DNA from: an uncultured SAR116 cluster alpha proteobacterium
GTDB lineage: Bacteria > Pseudomonadota > Alphaproteobacteria > Puniceispirillales > Marisalimonadaceae
Reading direction: 5' to 3'
Length of the DNA stretch: 64,000 bases
Assembly (NCBI GenBank): GCA_902595145.1
Contig: CACJOU010000004.1
Span: forward strand, 7,414 to 71,413
The notes beneath the pieces are model-generated. The model was not told the DNA's origin. It did no database searches and saw nothing but the letters and a program-made list of their open reading frames with translations. The translations under genes were made by a program, and so were the position numbers. This document shows positions 29,360 through 39,580 of this stretch, one piece after another. Positions within the stretch are counted from its first letter, which is position 1. Each line of letters begins with the position of its first letter.

Positions 29360-30187
29360 TTAAATTGAATTAATTTTTTTAGCTATTTTACAAAAGTCAA
29401 TAATAGACAAATTTTCGGGTCTTAAATTTGGAGAAATTTTTAGATCTTCTAAAATTTTTTCACCGTTAATTTCTTTTAGACTAGTTTTAAGCATTTTTCT
29501 TTTCTGACTAAAAGCAAGATGAGTTATTTTTTCGAGGGATTCAAATGACACGTCATAAAGTGGTTTTGAAAGTGGTTTTAATTGTATTACTGAAGATTTA
29601 ACTTTAGGTTTGGGTATAAAAGCTTCACTTGGAATGTCAAATAATTTTGAACTTTCAGTTAACCAATTTGTCAAAATTGACAACCTTCCATAACTTTTGG
29701 AACCAGGTTTGGCTACTATTCTTTCAGCAACCTCTTTTTGAAACATCAAAGTAAGCAAATCAAAGTTCTGAATATATTTTAACCATGTAATCAACATTTT
29801 TGTTCCTACATTATATGGAAGGTTTGCTATTACTTGTCTTGGTGCTTTACCTAAATTCCAGATAGGATAATGTAAAGCATCGTCAATAATTATGTTAAGT
29901 CTATCTTTATAAATTATTTTTAATTCACTTAACATTTTTTCAGATTGAATATCCTTATCTATTGCAAAAACAATTGCAGATTTATTTTTCAAAATAGATC
30001 TTGTTAAACTTCCTGGTCCAGAACCAATTTCTATAATAGTAGATGCTAATGGCTTTGATTGTTTAACAATCTTATCAGTTAAATTTAGATCGAATAAAAA
30101 ATTTTGACCTAAAGCTTTGTTAATTTTTACTTTATTTTTTTTTAAAGTTTCTTGTATGGTGGGTAAATTTTTAATTTCATTATACAT
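29360..30187 (-). CDS. rsmA: 16S rRNA m6,2A dimethyltransferase
   Basis: LGQNFL, EIGSGPGSLT, ANLPYN, MFQKEVA. Confidence 0.97.
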   Translation of the reverse strand: MYNEIKNLPTIQETLKKNKVKINKALGQNFLFDLNLTDKIVKQSKPLASTIIEIGSGPGSLTRSILKNKSAIVFAIDKDIQSEKMLSELKIIYKDRLNIIIDDALHYPIWNLGKAPRQVIANLPYNVGTKMLITWLKYIQNFDLLTLMFQKEVAERIVAKPGSKSYGRLSILTNWLTESSKLFDIPSEAFIPKPKVKSSVIQLKPLSKPLYDVSFESLEKITHLAFSQKRKMLKTSLKEINGEKILEDLKISPNLRPENLSIIDFCKIAKKINSI

Positions 30188-31193
30188 TATTTTTATTAGT
30201 ACTCATTTCATAAGCAAGATTAATTGCTGAAATTAAGCTCTCTGGATTAGCTAAATTTTTGCCTGCTATGTCAAATGCGGTACCATGATCAGGAGATGTT
30301 CTAATAAAATCTAAGCCTAATGTAACATTAACTCCATTATAAAAATCTAAAGTTTTGATTGGTATAAGTGCTTGATCATGGTACATGCAAATAGCTAGAT
30401 CATAGTGACATCTTTTGCTAGGCGAGAAAGCAATATCTGCTGATATTGGCCCAGTGATAGATATATTGTTAAGTTTTTTTAATTCATCTATAGCTGGTTT
30501 AATTATCCTTATTTCTTCATCACCTAAATCACCATTTTCTCCTGCATGAGGATTCAAACCTGTAATGATAATAGATGGTTTTTTTATATTAAAGAAAGTT
30601 TTTAGATCATCAACTGCAATTTTTATTTTAGTAATAATAAGTTCTTTGGTAATCAATTCAGATACCTTTTTTAGAGGAACATGTATTGTTAAAGGCAGAG
30701 TTTTTAGTCCATTCGTCACTAACATCATAACTGGATTTTTCTTTTTTATAGATAGTGACCCTAAAAAATCAGTATGACCCTCAAAATCAAATCCAGATTT
30801 GTACATGATATATTTGTTAATTGGGTTGGTCACAATTGCAGAGGCTATACTATTGTCATGAATCTCTATAGTTCTTATTATTGATAATTTTGTAAAAGAA
30901 AAATTTCCTATATCAGGTTTTCCATATTCAACTCTGTTATTGAGTGTTATAGGAATGATATTAAAGCAATTTTCTTTATAATCAGAAAATTTGATTTTAT
31001 CTTTAATCTCATTAATTTTTATATTACTATTTATAAATTTTTTACATTCCTCACCCAATTTTGGGTCTGTAACAGCAACTAAATTGATATTTTTACTAAT
31101 TTTATGAGATTCTATAGCTTTTATAGTTATCTCTGTTGATATGCTAGCTGGATCTCCAGCAGTTATTAATATTACTTCTTTAGTAGCATTCAT
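30180..31193 (-). CDS. pdxA: 4-hydroxythreonine-4-phosphate dehydrogenase
   Basis: GHTDFL, GLNPHAGE, MYHDQALIP, RTSPDHGTA. Confidence 0.96.
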   Translation of the reverse strand: MNATKEVILITAGDPASISTEITIKAIESHKISKNINLVAVTDPKLGEECKKFINSNIKINEIKDKIKFSDYKENCFNIIPITLNNRVEYGKPDIGNFSFTKLSIIRTIEIHDNSIASAIVTNPINKYIMYKSGFDFEGHTDFLGSLSIKKKNPVMMLVTNGLKTLPLTIHVPLKKVSELITKELIITKIKIAVDDLKTFFNIKKPSIIITGLNPHAGENGDLGDEEIRIIKPAIDELKKLNNISITGPISADIAFSPSKRCHYDLAICMYHDQALIPIKTLDFYNGVNVTLGLDFIRTSPDHGTAFDIAGKNLANPESLISAINLAYEMSTNKNNV

Positions 31194-32512
31194 CTTATTT
31201 TTTCAATAAGTAAAATGTTTGCATCATTTTTAAGACGCTTAATTAGTTTTTCACTGTATATTAAGAAGTATTTGTTCCGTATTGATTTTTTTAATTTTTC
31301 ATAATTAATTTTATCTAATTTAGCTTCTTTTTTATCACATTTTACATAGGTATATCCATTATTTCCAATAAATATTGGTTTTGATATTTCAAAAAAATTT
31401 ATGTTTTCTATAATATTATCTAATTTAGGACTTAAATCTGCAATTCTTGACTTAATTACTTTTAAATCTAAATTTTCAATATTTTCTTTTTCAAAAACTT
31501 TTAATACATCACAATTGTTTTTATTTGATAAAAGAATATCTAACTTATTTTTTATTTTTTCGTATGCTATATTTCTTTTTTGAAAATTAATTGGAAATTT
31601 TATTTGCGCAAGTAAGATTATGTCTTCTTTTTTACTTAATTTTCCCTTTTGTCGTTTAGCTAATACTTTTATAATTTTGATTTTATCTTTATCAGGGAAA
31701 GTAAAAATTTCACCCTCATTTATACCTTTTCCCTTACCAAAACCTCTAATAGTAGAAATGTTTTTGATATGTTCAGGTAGATTTTGAAAGTTATTCCATC
31801 CAATTTTACCGTTAAATTTTGAAGAGCCACTTATTGAAATCTGCTTAGCAATTTCTAGAAAGTTAGCACCATCTTTAAGAGCAAAATTAATCTTTTTTAA
31901 TAGTATATTATTGTTATTTTTATTGATTACGATCTCAGCTAAGTCATATAAATCTTCATTATTTCTATACTTATTTGACTCAAGTGTTTGTTCAATATTT
32001 TTTTCTATTTTAGAAAATTGTATTTTATATTTATCTCTTAAAACAATTCCCCATATCAATTGAGCTATGTGTTTTTCCAACAATGCTGATTTTGAAATAG
32101 AATATTTTTTTAAAAATTGATCTAATTTTAGTTTTGAATTTTCAAATTCAGCTAAAAGCATTTGATTCGCTTTATTTGATACAATTGAAGTTAAATTTTT
32201 ATTTATTTTTTTCCCAGCTGATAAAATGACTTTTTCATTTATTAAAGTTTGAAGAGATTGATTGTAGTAATTTTCTATATTTTTTATTTTTGAGTTTTGA
32301 TTAATAGATATTGAAATTAACTTTGCTCTGTTATGAATATCAACTTTTGTAATTGGTATGTTATTAACAATATTAACAATATAATTTTCTTCACTAAAAG
32401 CATGTTTAAATATATAAGTGGCAAGGAATATAATAAGTAAGAAAAACTTTAAATTTAAAAATTTTACAACTATTTTTAATTTATTACTTTTTTTTAACAT
32501 ATTTAATTTCAT
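31190..32512 (-). CDS. surA: SurA-like periplasmic chaperone / PPIase
   Basis: Signal-like N-terminus, VNNIPITKVDI, parvulin-like FLEIAKQIS..GKIGW; sits upstream of pdxA. Start uncertain. Confidence 0.75.
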   Translation of the reverse strand: MKLNMLKKSNKLKIVVKFLNLKFFLLIIFLATYIFKHAFSEENYIVNIVNNIPITKVDIHNRAKLISISINQNSKIKNIENYYNQSLQTLINEKVILSAGKKINKNLTSIVSNKANQMLLAEFENSKLKLDQFLKKYSISKSALLEKHIAQLIWGIVLRDKYKIQFSKIEKNIEQTLESNKYRNNEDLYDLAEIVINKNNNNILLKKINFALKDGANFLEIAKQISISGSSKFNGKIGWNNFQNLPEHIKNISTIRGFGKGKGINEGEIFTFPDKDKIKIIKVLAKRQKGKLSKKEDIILLAQIKFPINFQKRNIAYEKIKNKLDILLSNKNNCDVLKVFEKENIENLDLKVIKSRIADLSPKLDNIIENINFFEISKPIFIGNNGYTYVKCDKKEAKLDKINYEKLKKSIRNKYFLIYSEKLIKRLKNDANILLIEKIR

Positions 32513-33629
32513 CTATATCGCTTATTAAATAACAACCTGAAAATAATCCTATTAGTGTTGGCCCAAATCCAGCTAGTAATGGAGGGAGTTTTTCTGAAAA
32601 TCCTAATGCAAAAATAAAATCTCCTATAAAGTATAGACTAAAACCAACAACTAATGAAAGTGAAACTAACCCTACTTCAATCTTTCTTTCATTACTCCTT
32701 AACATTAAGGATGCAGAAAGTAAAATCATTGAAATAATTAAGAATGGTTGGCAGATCAATTTAAAAAAATGGACTAAATGTTTAGAAATGTTAAGGCCAT
32801 AAGATTTCATTTTTATTATATAATATGGAAAATCAAGTAAAAATATTTTGTCAGGTTTTTTTGTAGCTACACTTAACTGATTAGAATCAAAATTAATTGA
32901 ATAAGAAAATTTTTTTAAACTGTTCACTTTATAGTTTTCGTCAATTGATTGTACATTATAAAGTAATAATTTATGGGAAGTAAATTTACCTTTTTGTGCT
33001 TTAACTTTTTTTTTAAAAATTTTGGCATCATCATATTCAAAAATATTTAGATCAAATAAAGTATTTGTTTTTTCATCTATTTTATTAGCATTAATTATTA
33101 AATTTCTTTTAGCAGATATATGCTTTATCCAAAATCCTTTAGTATCAAATGATAATTCTTGGATATTTACTTTCCCAAAAAATAATGTTTCTAAATTTTC
33201 ATACTTTTTATTCATCAACGTTGAAAATGGATTTAAAAATATTATTGAAAACAGGCCAATAAAAAAAAAACACACTAAAATTGGTGAAAGAATTTTCCAT
33301 AATGAAACACCAGAGGCTTTTGAGATAACGTAATAGTTTTTTTTTCGCCATTGATTAAAACATGCAATAGATCCAATCAGTGCAGCAAATGGTAAAACTT
33401 TTTGGATATTACCAATTATTTTTAAGGAAGCCATGCCAGCCAAATCGATAAAATCTGCCTTTAATAGATGATTTACTCCTATTTTATTTGAAGATCTTCT
33501 AAATAGTTCAATTAAATCAATAAAAAAAATTAAAATTATCAAAAAAAGTAATGAAAAAAGAAAGAATTTTAATAAATCCTTTGTAAAATATTGATATAAT
33601 ATTAATGGATGATTAATAAGTTTTAACAC
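32484..33629 (-). CDS. lptG: LPS export ABC transporter permease LptG
   Basis: 3+3 TM with a periplasmic beta domain; ASGVSLWKILSP; follows lptF. Confidence 0.85.
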   Translation of the reverse strand: MLKLINHPLILYQYFTKDLLKFFLFSLLFLIILIFFIDLIELFRRSSNKIGVNHLLKADFIDLAGMASLKIIGNIQKVLPFAALIGSIACFNQWRKKNYYVISKASGVSLWKILSPILVCFFFIGLFSIIFLNPFSTLMNKKYENLETLFFGKVNIQELSFDTKGFWIKHISAKRNLIINANKIDEKTNTLFDLNIFEYDDAKIFKKKVKAQKGKFTSHKLLLYNVQSIDENYKVNSLKKFSYSINFDSNQLSVATKKPDKIFLLDFPYYIIKMKSYGLNISKHLVHFFKLICQPFLIISMILLSASLMLRSNERKIEVGLVSLSLVVGFSLYFIGDFIFALGFSEKLPPLLAGFGPTLIGLFSGCYLISDIDEIKYVKKK

Positions 33630-34753
33630 TATTTGTTAACCTTATTTGTAAGTTGAGAAAAAATATCATATTTCTTGTTGTTATTAACTATAAAAATACA
33701 CGTTATTAATATTAAAATTGGAAAAATATACATTAAAGGTAATAAATTAATATTTGAATGAACAGCATTTTTAATAATCAAAACAAGGCTTTGAATAAGA
33801 ACAAGAACTCCAATACCAATTGTTTTTCTATAAATTGAAAAAAATCTTGAATAATTATCCTTGAGTATTACTACCATCACAATCATACAAAAAACTAGTG
33901 GCATAAAAACAATTGTGTTTCTGCTATGAGCCTCTGCTAATAATTTTCCTTTTTTTTCTTTTGAGTTTTTAGATTTTTTCAATAACTCAAAAAAATTATA
34001 TTCATTATATTCTATTACTCTTGAGGATGTTTTTTTATCACTTTCCTGTTTTATTTCAATATCGTATTTTTTAAAATTTAATATAGTTGACTTACCTTTT
34101 AAATCAGTTGAAATCCTTGTACCATTTTGCATGCTTAGCATTGTATTATTTTCAAAATTTAGATTTCCTTTTTTTGCAAAAAACTCTACTACGAACTTAG
34201 GATCACTTCTGTCTTGAATAAAAATCTCTTCTAGCTGATTGTTTTCATACAAATTACTGATAAAAACAGTTTGAAATTTGTTTAAATCAATAAATACATT
34301 ATCTCTAATAATTAAGCTTTCTGAACTATTTCTAATATCATTTTGTAAAATTTTAAAATTTTTATAAGTTTTGGGGAGAACAAAGTGAGAAATTATAAAT
34401 AAAATTATTGAAACCAAAATTGCAATTAAAAAAGCAGGTTTGCTTAAATTCAAAGGATTTATGCCAGCTGATTTCATAACTATAATTTCTTTGTCATTTT
34501 GAAGTTTTAAATATGAAATCATGCATCCTGCAAATGTGCCAAATGGAAGAGCTATCAAAAGCCAACTTGGAAGACTGTAAGCTGATAAAATAAGAAACTC
34601 TAAAAGACCAGCCCCTTTGTTGATTATTAATTTTATAGTTTTGAAGGATTGACTTAACCATATAATACTTACAAAAACAAAAGTTGATATTAGGACATTG
34701 CTTAATGTTTGTCGAAAAATATACCAAGTTAAAATCATTAATGCTTTTCTCAA
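33629..34753 (-). CDS. lptF: LPS export ABC transporter permease LptF
   Basis: KLQNDKEIIVMKSAGINP (YjgP/YjgQ signature); divergent from pepA. Confidence 0.87.
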   Translation of the reverse strand: MRKALMILTWYIFRQTLSNVLISTFVFVSIIWLSQSFKTIKLIINKGAGLLEFLILSAYSLPSWLLIALPFGTFAGCMISYLKLQNDKEIIVMKSAGINPLNLSKPAFLIAILVSIILFIISHFVLPKTYKNFKILQNDIRNSSESLIIRDNVFIDLNKFQTVFISNLYENNQLEEIFIQDRSDPKFVVEFFAKKGNLNFENNTMLSMQNGTRISTDLKGKSTILNFKKYDIEIKQESDKKTSSRVIEYNEYNFFELLKKSKNSKEKKGKLLAEAHSRNTIVFMPLVFCMIVMVVILKDNYSRFFSIYRKTIGIGVLVLIQSLVLIIKNAVHSNINLLPLMYIFPILILITCIFIVNNNKKYDIFSQLTNKVNK

Positions 34754-34842
34754 AGATTTATATTGAATTTTTTTTAAATGTTAATAGTACTATAACTAAA
34801 TTATATCAATACAATAGTTCTATTTGAAATTAAGGAAAAAAA

Positions 34843-36306
34843 ATGTTGAATTATAAAAGATTCATAAAGTTTAAATCTGAAAAACAAAGAGATAGTATTA
34901 AACTTAAAGATAACGAGATAAATGTCTTGTTTTATTCAGAGAAAAATATTTTGTTATCTGAAAATTTTAATCCACAAAAAGATTTATTAAATTTATTTAA
35001 AAAAATTATTAATAATGATTCATCAAATATAATTTTAGTAAGATCAGAAAAAGGAAACTTTCTTTTAGTAAAAAGAAAAACTTTAGATAAGGATTTATCA
35101 TATAAATATTTAGAGGAGTTAGGTGGCAGAATTTTTAATAAAATAAAACCTTTAAGCTCTACTCAAGCAAATATATATGAAAATGATACTTCTATCAATG
35201 AACGTCTAGCTCTTGGAATTTTACTAAGTTCATATAAATTTGAAAATTATAAAAAAAACAAAATACAACAAATAACAAACTTAAAAAATATTGTGTTTGT
35301 TTGTAATGAGCCAAATAAAAATTTAAATAAAATCTCTGAAATACTTAACCTTGCTAAGGGTGTGTTCACAGCAAGAGATTTAGTGTGGCAACCACCAAAT
35401 ATTTTATATCCATCTTCATTTGCTGATGAATGTAAAAAATTAAAGAAAATAGGGGTTAAGGTAACAATTTATAATGAGAAACAACTTCAAAAAATTGGTA
35501 TGAATGCTTTGCTTGCAGTTGGTCGAGGATCAAGAAAAGATAGCCAGGTAGTTGTTATGGAATGGTCAGGAGGCAAAAAAAACAATAAACCAATGGCATT
35601 TATAGGAAAGGGAGTCTGTTTTGACTCTGGAGGCCTTTCTTTGAAGCCAGCAAAGTCAATGGAAGATATGAAATGGGATATGGGAGGCGCAGCAACTGTA
35701 ACTGGCATTATAGAAGCAGCAGCACTCTCAAAGTTAAAATATAATTTAATAGGTGTTATAGGTCTGGTTGAAAATATGCCGGATGGTGATGCACAAAGAC
35801 CTGGAGATGTTGTTAAATCTTATTCTGGTCAAACTATAGAAGTTTTAAATACAGACGCTGAAGGTAGGCTTGTATTAGCTGATATACTTTCTTGGACTGA
35901 AAAAAAATATAAACCTAAATTTATGATTAATTTTGCAACTTTAACTGGGGCTATGATAGTAGCATTAGGAAATATAAGGGCTGGTTTGTTTTCAAATGAT
36001 AAAGAAATATCTGAAGCTATTTTTAATTCAGGAGAAATTACAGGTGAAAAAGTTTGGGCAATGCCATTAGATGATGATTATGATCAATTGATAAAAACAG
36101 AAATTGCAGATATGAAAAATATTGGAGGTCCTGGTGCGGGATCAATAACAGCTGGATGTTTCTTAAAAAGACATATAGAAAAAACACCATGGGCTCATTT
36201 AGATATAGCAGGAGTTACTTGGCAAAATAAATCGACACCTTCTATTCCATCCGGTGGTGTAGGATGGGGAATTAGAATGTTATACCATTTAATAAAGCAA
36301 TATTAA
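34843..36306 (+). CDS. pepA: Leucyl aminopeptidase (M17)
   Basis: GKGVCFDSGG, MKWDMGGA, NTDAEGRL, WAHLDIAG. Confidence 0.96.
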   Translation: MLNYKRFIKFKSEKQRDSIKLKDNEINVLFYSEKNILLSENFNPQKDLLNLFKKIINNDSSNIILVRSEKGNFLLVKRKTLDKDLSYKYLEELGGRIFNKIKPLSSTQANIYENDTSINERLALGILLSSYKFENYKKNKIQQITNLKNIVFVCNEPNKNLNKISEILNLAKGVFTARDLVWQPPNILYPSSFADECKKLKKIGVKVTIYNEKQLQKIGMNALLAVGRGSRKDSQVVVMEWSGGKKNNKPMAFIGKGVCFDSGGLSLKPAKSMEDMKWDMGGAATVTGIIEAAALSKLKYNLIGVIGLVENMPDGDAQRPGDVVKSYSGQTIEVLNTDAEGRLVLADILSWTEKKYKPKFMINFATLTGAMIVALGNIRAGLFSNDKEISEAIFNSGEITGEKVWAMPLDDDYDQLIKTEIADMKNIGGPGAGSITAGCFLKRHIEKTPWAHLDIAGVTWQNKSTPSIPSGGVGWGIRMLYHLIKQY

Positions 36307-36388
36307 TCATTAAATAAATATAAACATTTAAATATATCTTGATTATTTTTACGAACCAATTTAATTAACCTTTATTTGGAGTACAAAA

Positions 36389-36811
36389 ATGTCTGTTGAA
36401 AGAACATTATCAATAATTAAACCGGATGCTACTAAAAGAAATTTAACTGGTTTGATTAATGCTAAATTTGAAAATTCTGGCCTTAAAATCATTGCACAAA
36501 AAAGACTTCAATTGACTAGATCTATGGCAGAAAAATTTTATGAAATTCATAAAGATCGTTCTTTTTTTAATGATTTAGTGGATTTTATGATTTCAGGTCC
36601 TGTTGTTGTTCAAGTATTGGAAGGCGATAACGCTGTAAAATTAAATAGGGATGTTATGGGAGCAACCAATCCAGACGATGCTGAAGAGGGCACTATAAGA
36701 AAAGAATTTGCTGAAAGTATTGAGGCAAACTCAGTTCATGGATCAGATAGTCTTGAAAATGCCCAGAATGAGATATCTTTCTTTTTTGCAAATATAGAGT
36801 TAGTTAATTAA
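36389..36811 (+). CDS. ndk: Nucleoside diphosphate kinase
   Basis: [19 protein letters not shown]. Confidence 0.98.
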   Translation: MSVERTLSIIKPDATKRNLTGLINAKFENSGLKIIAQKRLQLTRSMAEKFYEIHKDRSFFNDLVDFMISGPVVVQVLEGDNAVKLNRDVMGATNPDDAEEGTIRKEFAESIEANSVHGSDSLENAQNEISFFFANIELVN

Positions 36812-36818
36812 ATTAATA

Positions 36819-36947
36819 CTAAACTAGAAAAATGGCCATTAATACAACAATAGCTACAACCACAATTGTGCTGTATGTTGTAAATTTTAAAAAATTTTCA
36901 TAAAATTGCCTATGTTCTTGAGTTTCTTTGTCAGTCTTATTTACCAT
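36819..36947 (-). CDS. aa3-type cytochrome c oxidase subunit IV (small single-TM protein)
   Basis: Not in the ORF track. Reads MVNKTDKETQEHRQFYENFLKFTTYSTIVVVAIVVLMAIFLV* (42 aa), matching the EH..tY..F.kf..TM..MAIFL pattern; AGGA RBS upstream. Confidence 0.8.
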   Translation of the reverse strand: MVNKTDKETQEHRQFYENFLKFTTYSTIVVVAIVVLMAIFLV

Positions 36948-37022
36948 TTTTTTTCCTATTTTTATTGTTAAATATAACTTTAAATTTATTATGAATTATT
37001 ATATGTTAAAGAACTTAATTTT

Positions 37023-38090
37023 TCAAAAATTCCATCCATCAAAAACAACATTTTTTTCATAATTATTTTCAACCATAGATCCAATTAAAAAAGCATTATA
37101 ACCAATTTTATTAATATCATTTATTATTTCTTGGGCATCATTTTTATCTACAAAAATTAAAAAGCCAATTCCACAGTTAAAGGTTTTAGTTAACTCAAAA
37201 AGAGATATATTTGCTTTATCTTTTAACCATTTAAAAAGAGGAGGAAGTTTGAAGTTTTTCATGTCAAACTTTAGAGTTAAGTTTTCATTGAAAGCTCTAG
37301 GGGGATTGTCAATCAAACCACCACCAGTTATGTGACTTATAGATTTAACTTTATAGTTCTTATTTGCTTCTAAAAATGCTTTTGTATATAGCATTGTAGG
37401 TTTCATTAAAATTTCAGCAAGGGTTTTATTTTTGTCAAATTTTGGATTTTTAGATATATCTATAGAGTTAATTTCTATTATTTTTCTTACTAGAGAAAAA
37501 CCATTAGAATGAATTCCACTACTTGATAATCCTATTACACAATCTCCCTTTTTAACAGAATTTATTTTTAATAGCTTATCTCTCTCTACGGCCCCTACAC
37601 AAAATCCAGCAACATCAAAGTCATTTTTTTTATAATGTCCTGGCATCTCTGCTGTTTCACCTCCTATAAGCGCACATCCAGATTGTTTACAACCTTCCGC
37701 AATTCCTTTTATTACTTCAATAGCAACAGATTTATTTAATTTTCCAGTTGCGTAATAATCCATGAAAAATAAGGGCCTTGCTCCTTGTGCCAAAACATCA
37801 TTGGCACACATAGCAACTAAATCTATACCTACATTAAAATATGATTTAGTTCTAATTGCTAATTGTAACTTAGTTCCAACACCGTCAGTGCTTGAAACTA
37901 GAACAGGATCCTTAAATGGATATTTTTTTAAATCAAACAATCCTCCAAATCCACCCAACTTACCGATAGAACCCTTATTTGAAGTAGCTTCTGTAATTTG
38001 AGCTATATCTTTAATAAGCGTGTTACCTTCATCAATATCCACACCTGAATCTTTATATGTAATTTCTGTTTTATTTGTGTTTTTTACCAT
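37023..38090 (-). CDS. purM: Phosphoribosylformylglycinamidine cyclo-ligase (AIR synthetase)
   Basis: TYKDSGVDI, STDGVGTK, GGETAEMPG, HITGGG; start moved to ATG 38090. Confidence 0.97.
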   Translation of the reverse strand: MVKNTNKTEITYKDSGVDIDEGNTLIKDIAQITEATSNKGSIGKLGGFGGLFDLKKYPFKDPVLVSSTDGVGTKLQLAIRTKSYFNVGIDLVAMCANDVLAQGARPLFFMDYYATGKLNKSVAIEVIKGIAEGCKQSGCALIGGETAEMPGHYKKNDFDVAGFCVGAVERDKLLKINSVKKGDCVIGLSSSGIHSNGFSLVRKIIEINSIDISKNPKFDKNKTLAEILMKPTMLYTKAFLEANKNYKVKSISHITGGGLIDNPPRAFNENLTLKFDMKNFKLPPLFKWLKDKANISLFELTKTFNCGIGFLIFVDKNDAQEIINDINKIGYNAFLIGSMVENNYEKNVVFDGWNF

Positions 38091-38164
38091 ATTTTTTGGT
38101 TTCTGATTTTGAAGTATTTGTAAGTAAGATTTATCTGTAATATTTACAACAAACAATATATATA

Positions 38165-39559
38165 TTGATATATCGATCTTATAAGCACATATCAAATAAA
38201 AAAAGTAGGAAAATATTTTTGTCTTTAGAACTTGCTAAAATAACTTCTTTAACAATTTTAAAAATCTTTTTAATGTCTTCAAAATTATTAGCATCTGTAG
38301 ATCAAGATTGTTTAAATTCCTCTTTTTATATCAAAAATATAAGCGTTGATTTGACAAAAGAATCAATTAATGAAGCAAAATATCAAGCAGAGCAAAAATC
38401 TAAATTAATTGGCTTTAAAAGACTTACAAATAGGTTAATGATAAAAAATAAAGAATTAAATTTTAACAAAATTGATATTTCTTCATTAGTTGATTATTTA
38501 AAAATAAATAAAGAAGCTAATAGTGATAAGAGATATTTAGCCAATTTCGATATTTGTTTTAATAGAAATTTGGTTATTAATTTTTTTAGAAAAAATAAAT
38601 TACAATACGCAGAAACATACAGGGAACCCATAGCAGTTTTACCAATTTTTAAAGGCCCAAGAGGTTTTGTTCTATGGGATGAGAAAGATAATTGGTATTT
38701 AAATTGGTTAAATAAACTTAAAAACATAGATGGACTAGTTAAATTAAAACTTGCTAAAGGTAACTTTAGTTTGAAAAGAATTTTAACAGCTAATGTTCTT
38801 TTAAAATCTAATGAAAATCAAATTAAAAAATTAATAAATAATGAAAATACTAATGCACTAATTTTAGTTGTTGCTGAACCAATTTTAATGAGGGATGGTA
38901 AAACTTATTTATCCACATTTGGAAAATTTTATAATAAAAGTGGAAAATTACAATCAACTATTTATAGAAATTCAACCCCTCTAAAGAGAACTTCATCATT
39001 CTATAATGTTGATAAAACTTTATTGGATAAAGAAGTTTCCAATATGATTAAATCAATCGAAATTAATTGGAAAAAAAATAACTTAATTGATACCAGAATT
39101 TATAATGAAGTTGATCTCATAATTCCAATAGCAAATATCAAATCTACGTCATTAAAAAAGAAATTATTGTTTAATGATAAATCAATTATTGTAAATTCAA
39201 CATCTGGTTTTGAAGATCAGGGTTTTTTAAAAATACAAAATGAAATAATTTTCTATAAAAAAAAGACAAAAAATACGTTTGAGAATTTAAAAAGAAGTTC
39301 ATTTAATTCTTCAAAAAAATTAAAATATGAGGAAAATTTAATTTTAATTCAAAAAAATACAAATGTTTGGCCAAACATTTTAAATATTTTAGAAAAATTA
39401 CCATTTGTAATTGAAGTTAATATTATATCTCTTACAAACTCACAAGGTAGAATTATAGTAAAATTTATGGGTAATAAAAAAACATTTTTCCAAGCTGTTT
39501 TTGAAAAAAAACTTAACTTTAAAGATTTAAATTCACAACAATATGTACTTATTAATTAA
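38165..39559 (+). CDS. DUF2066-like envelope protein with an inserted domain
   Basis: Divergent from purM and upstream of AI-2E/hdaA, the usual DUF2066 slot; Y.A.F.I.F, VLPI, LWDE..W, WK..N motifs. Start uncertain. Confidence 0.7.
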   Translation: MIYRSYKHISNKKSRKIFLSLELAKITSLTILKIFLMSSKLLASVDQDCLNSSFYIKNISVDLTKESINEAKYQAEQKSKLIGFKRLTNRLMIKNKELNFNKIDISSLVDYLKINKEANSDKRYLANFDICFNRNLVINFFRKNKLQYAETYREPIAVLPIFKGPRGFVLWDEKDNWYLNWLNKLKNIDGLVKLKLAKGNFSLKRILTANVLLKSNENQIKKLINNENTNALILVVAEPILMRDGKTYLSTFGKFYNKSGKLQSTIYRNSTPLKRTSSFYNVDKTLLDKEVSNMIKSIEINWKKNNLIDTRIYNEVDLIIPIANIKSTSLKKKLLFNDKSIIVNSTSGFEDQGFLKIQNEIIFYKKKTKNTFENLKRSSFNSSKKLKYEENLILIQKNTNVWPNILNILEKLPFVIEVNIISLTNSQGRIIVKFMGNKKTFFQAVFEKKLNFKDLNSQQYVLIN

Positions 39560-39580
39560 GTTCGGATTGAGGTTTAATAC

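Noticed and set aside
28700-36400. No yicC between mltG and gmk, and no holC after pepA
   Set aside because: The absences from these slots are real, but both genes are frequently relocated or lost; they add little beyond the streamlining already noted.
38090-38195. Apparent head-to-head overlap of purM and the DUF2066-like ORF
   Set aside because: This is an artefact of longest-ORF start choice; purM homology begins at ATG 38090.
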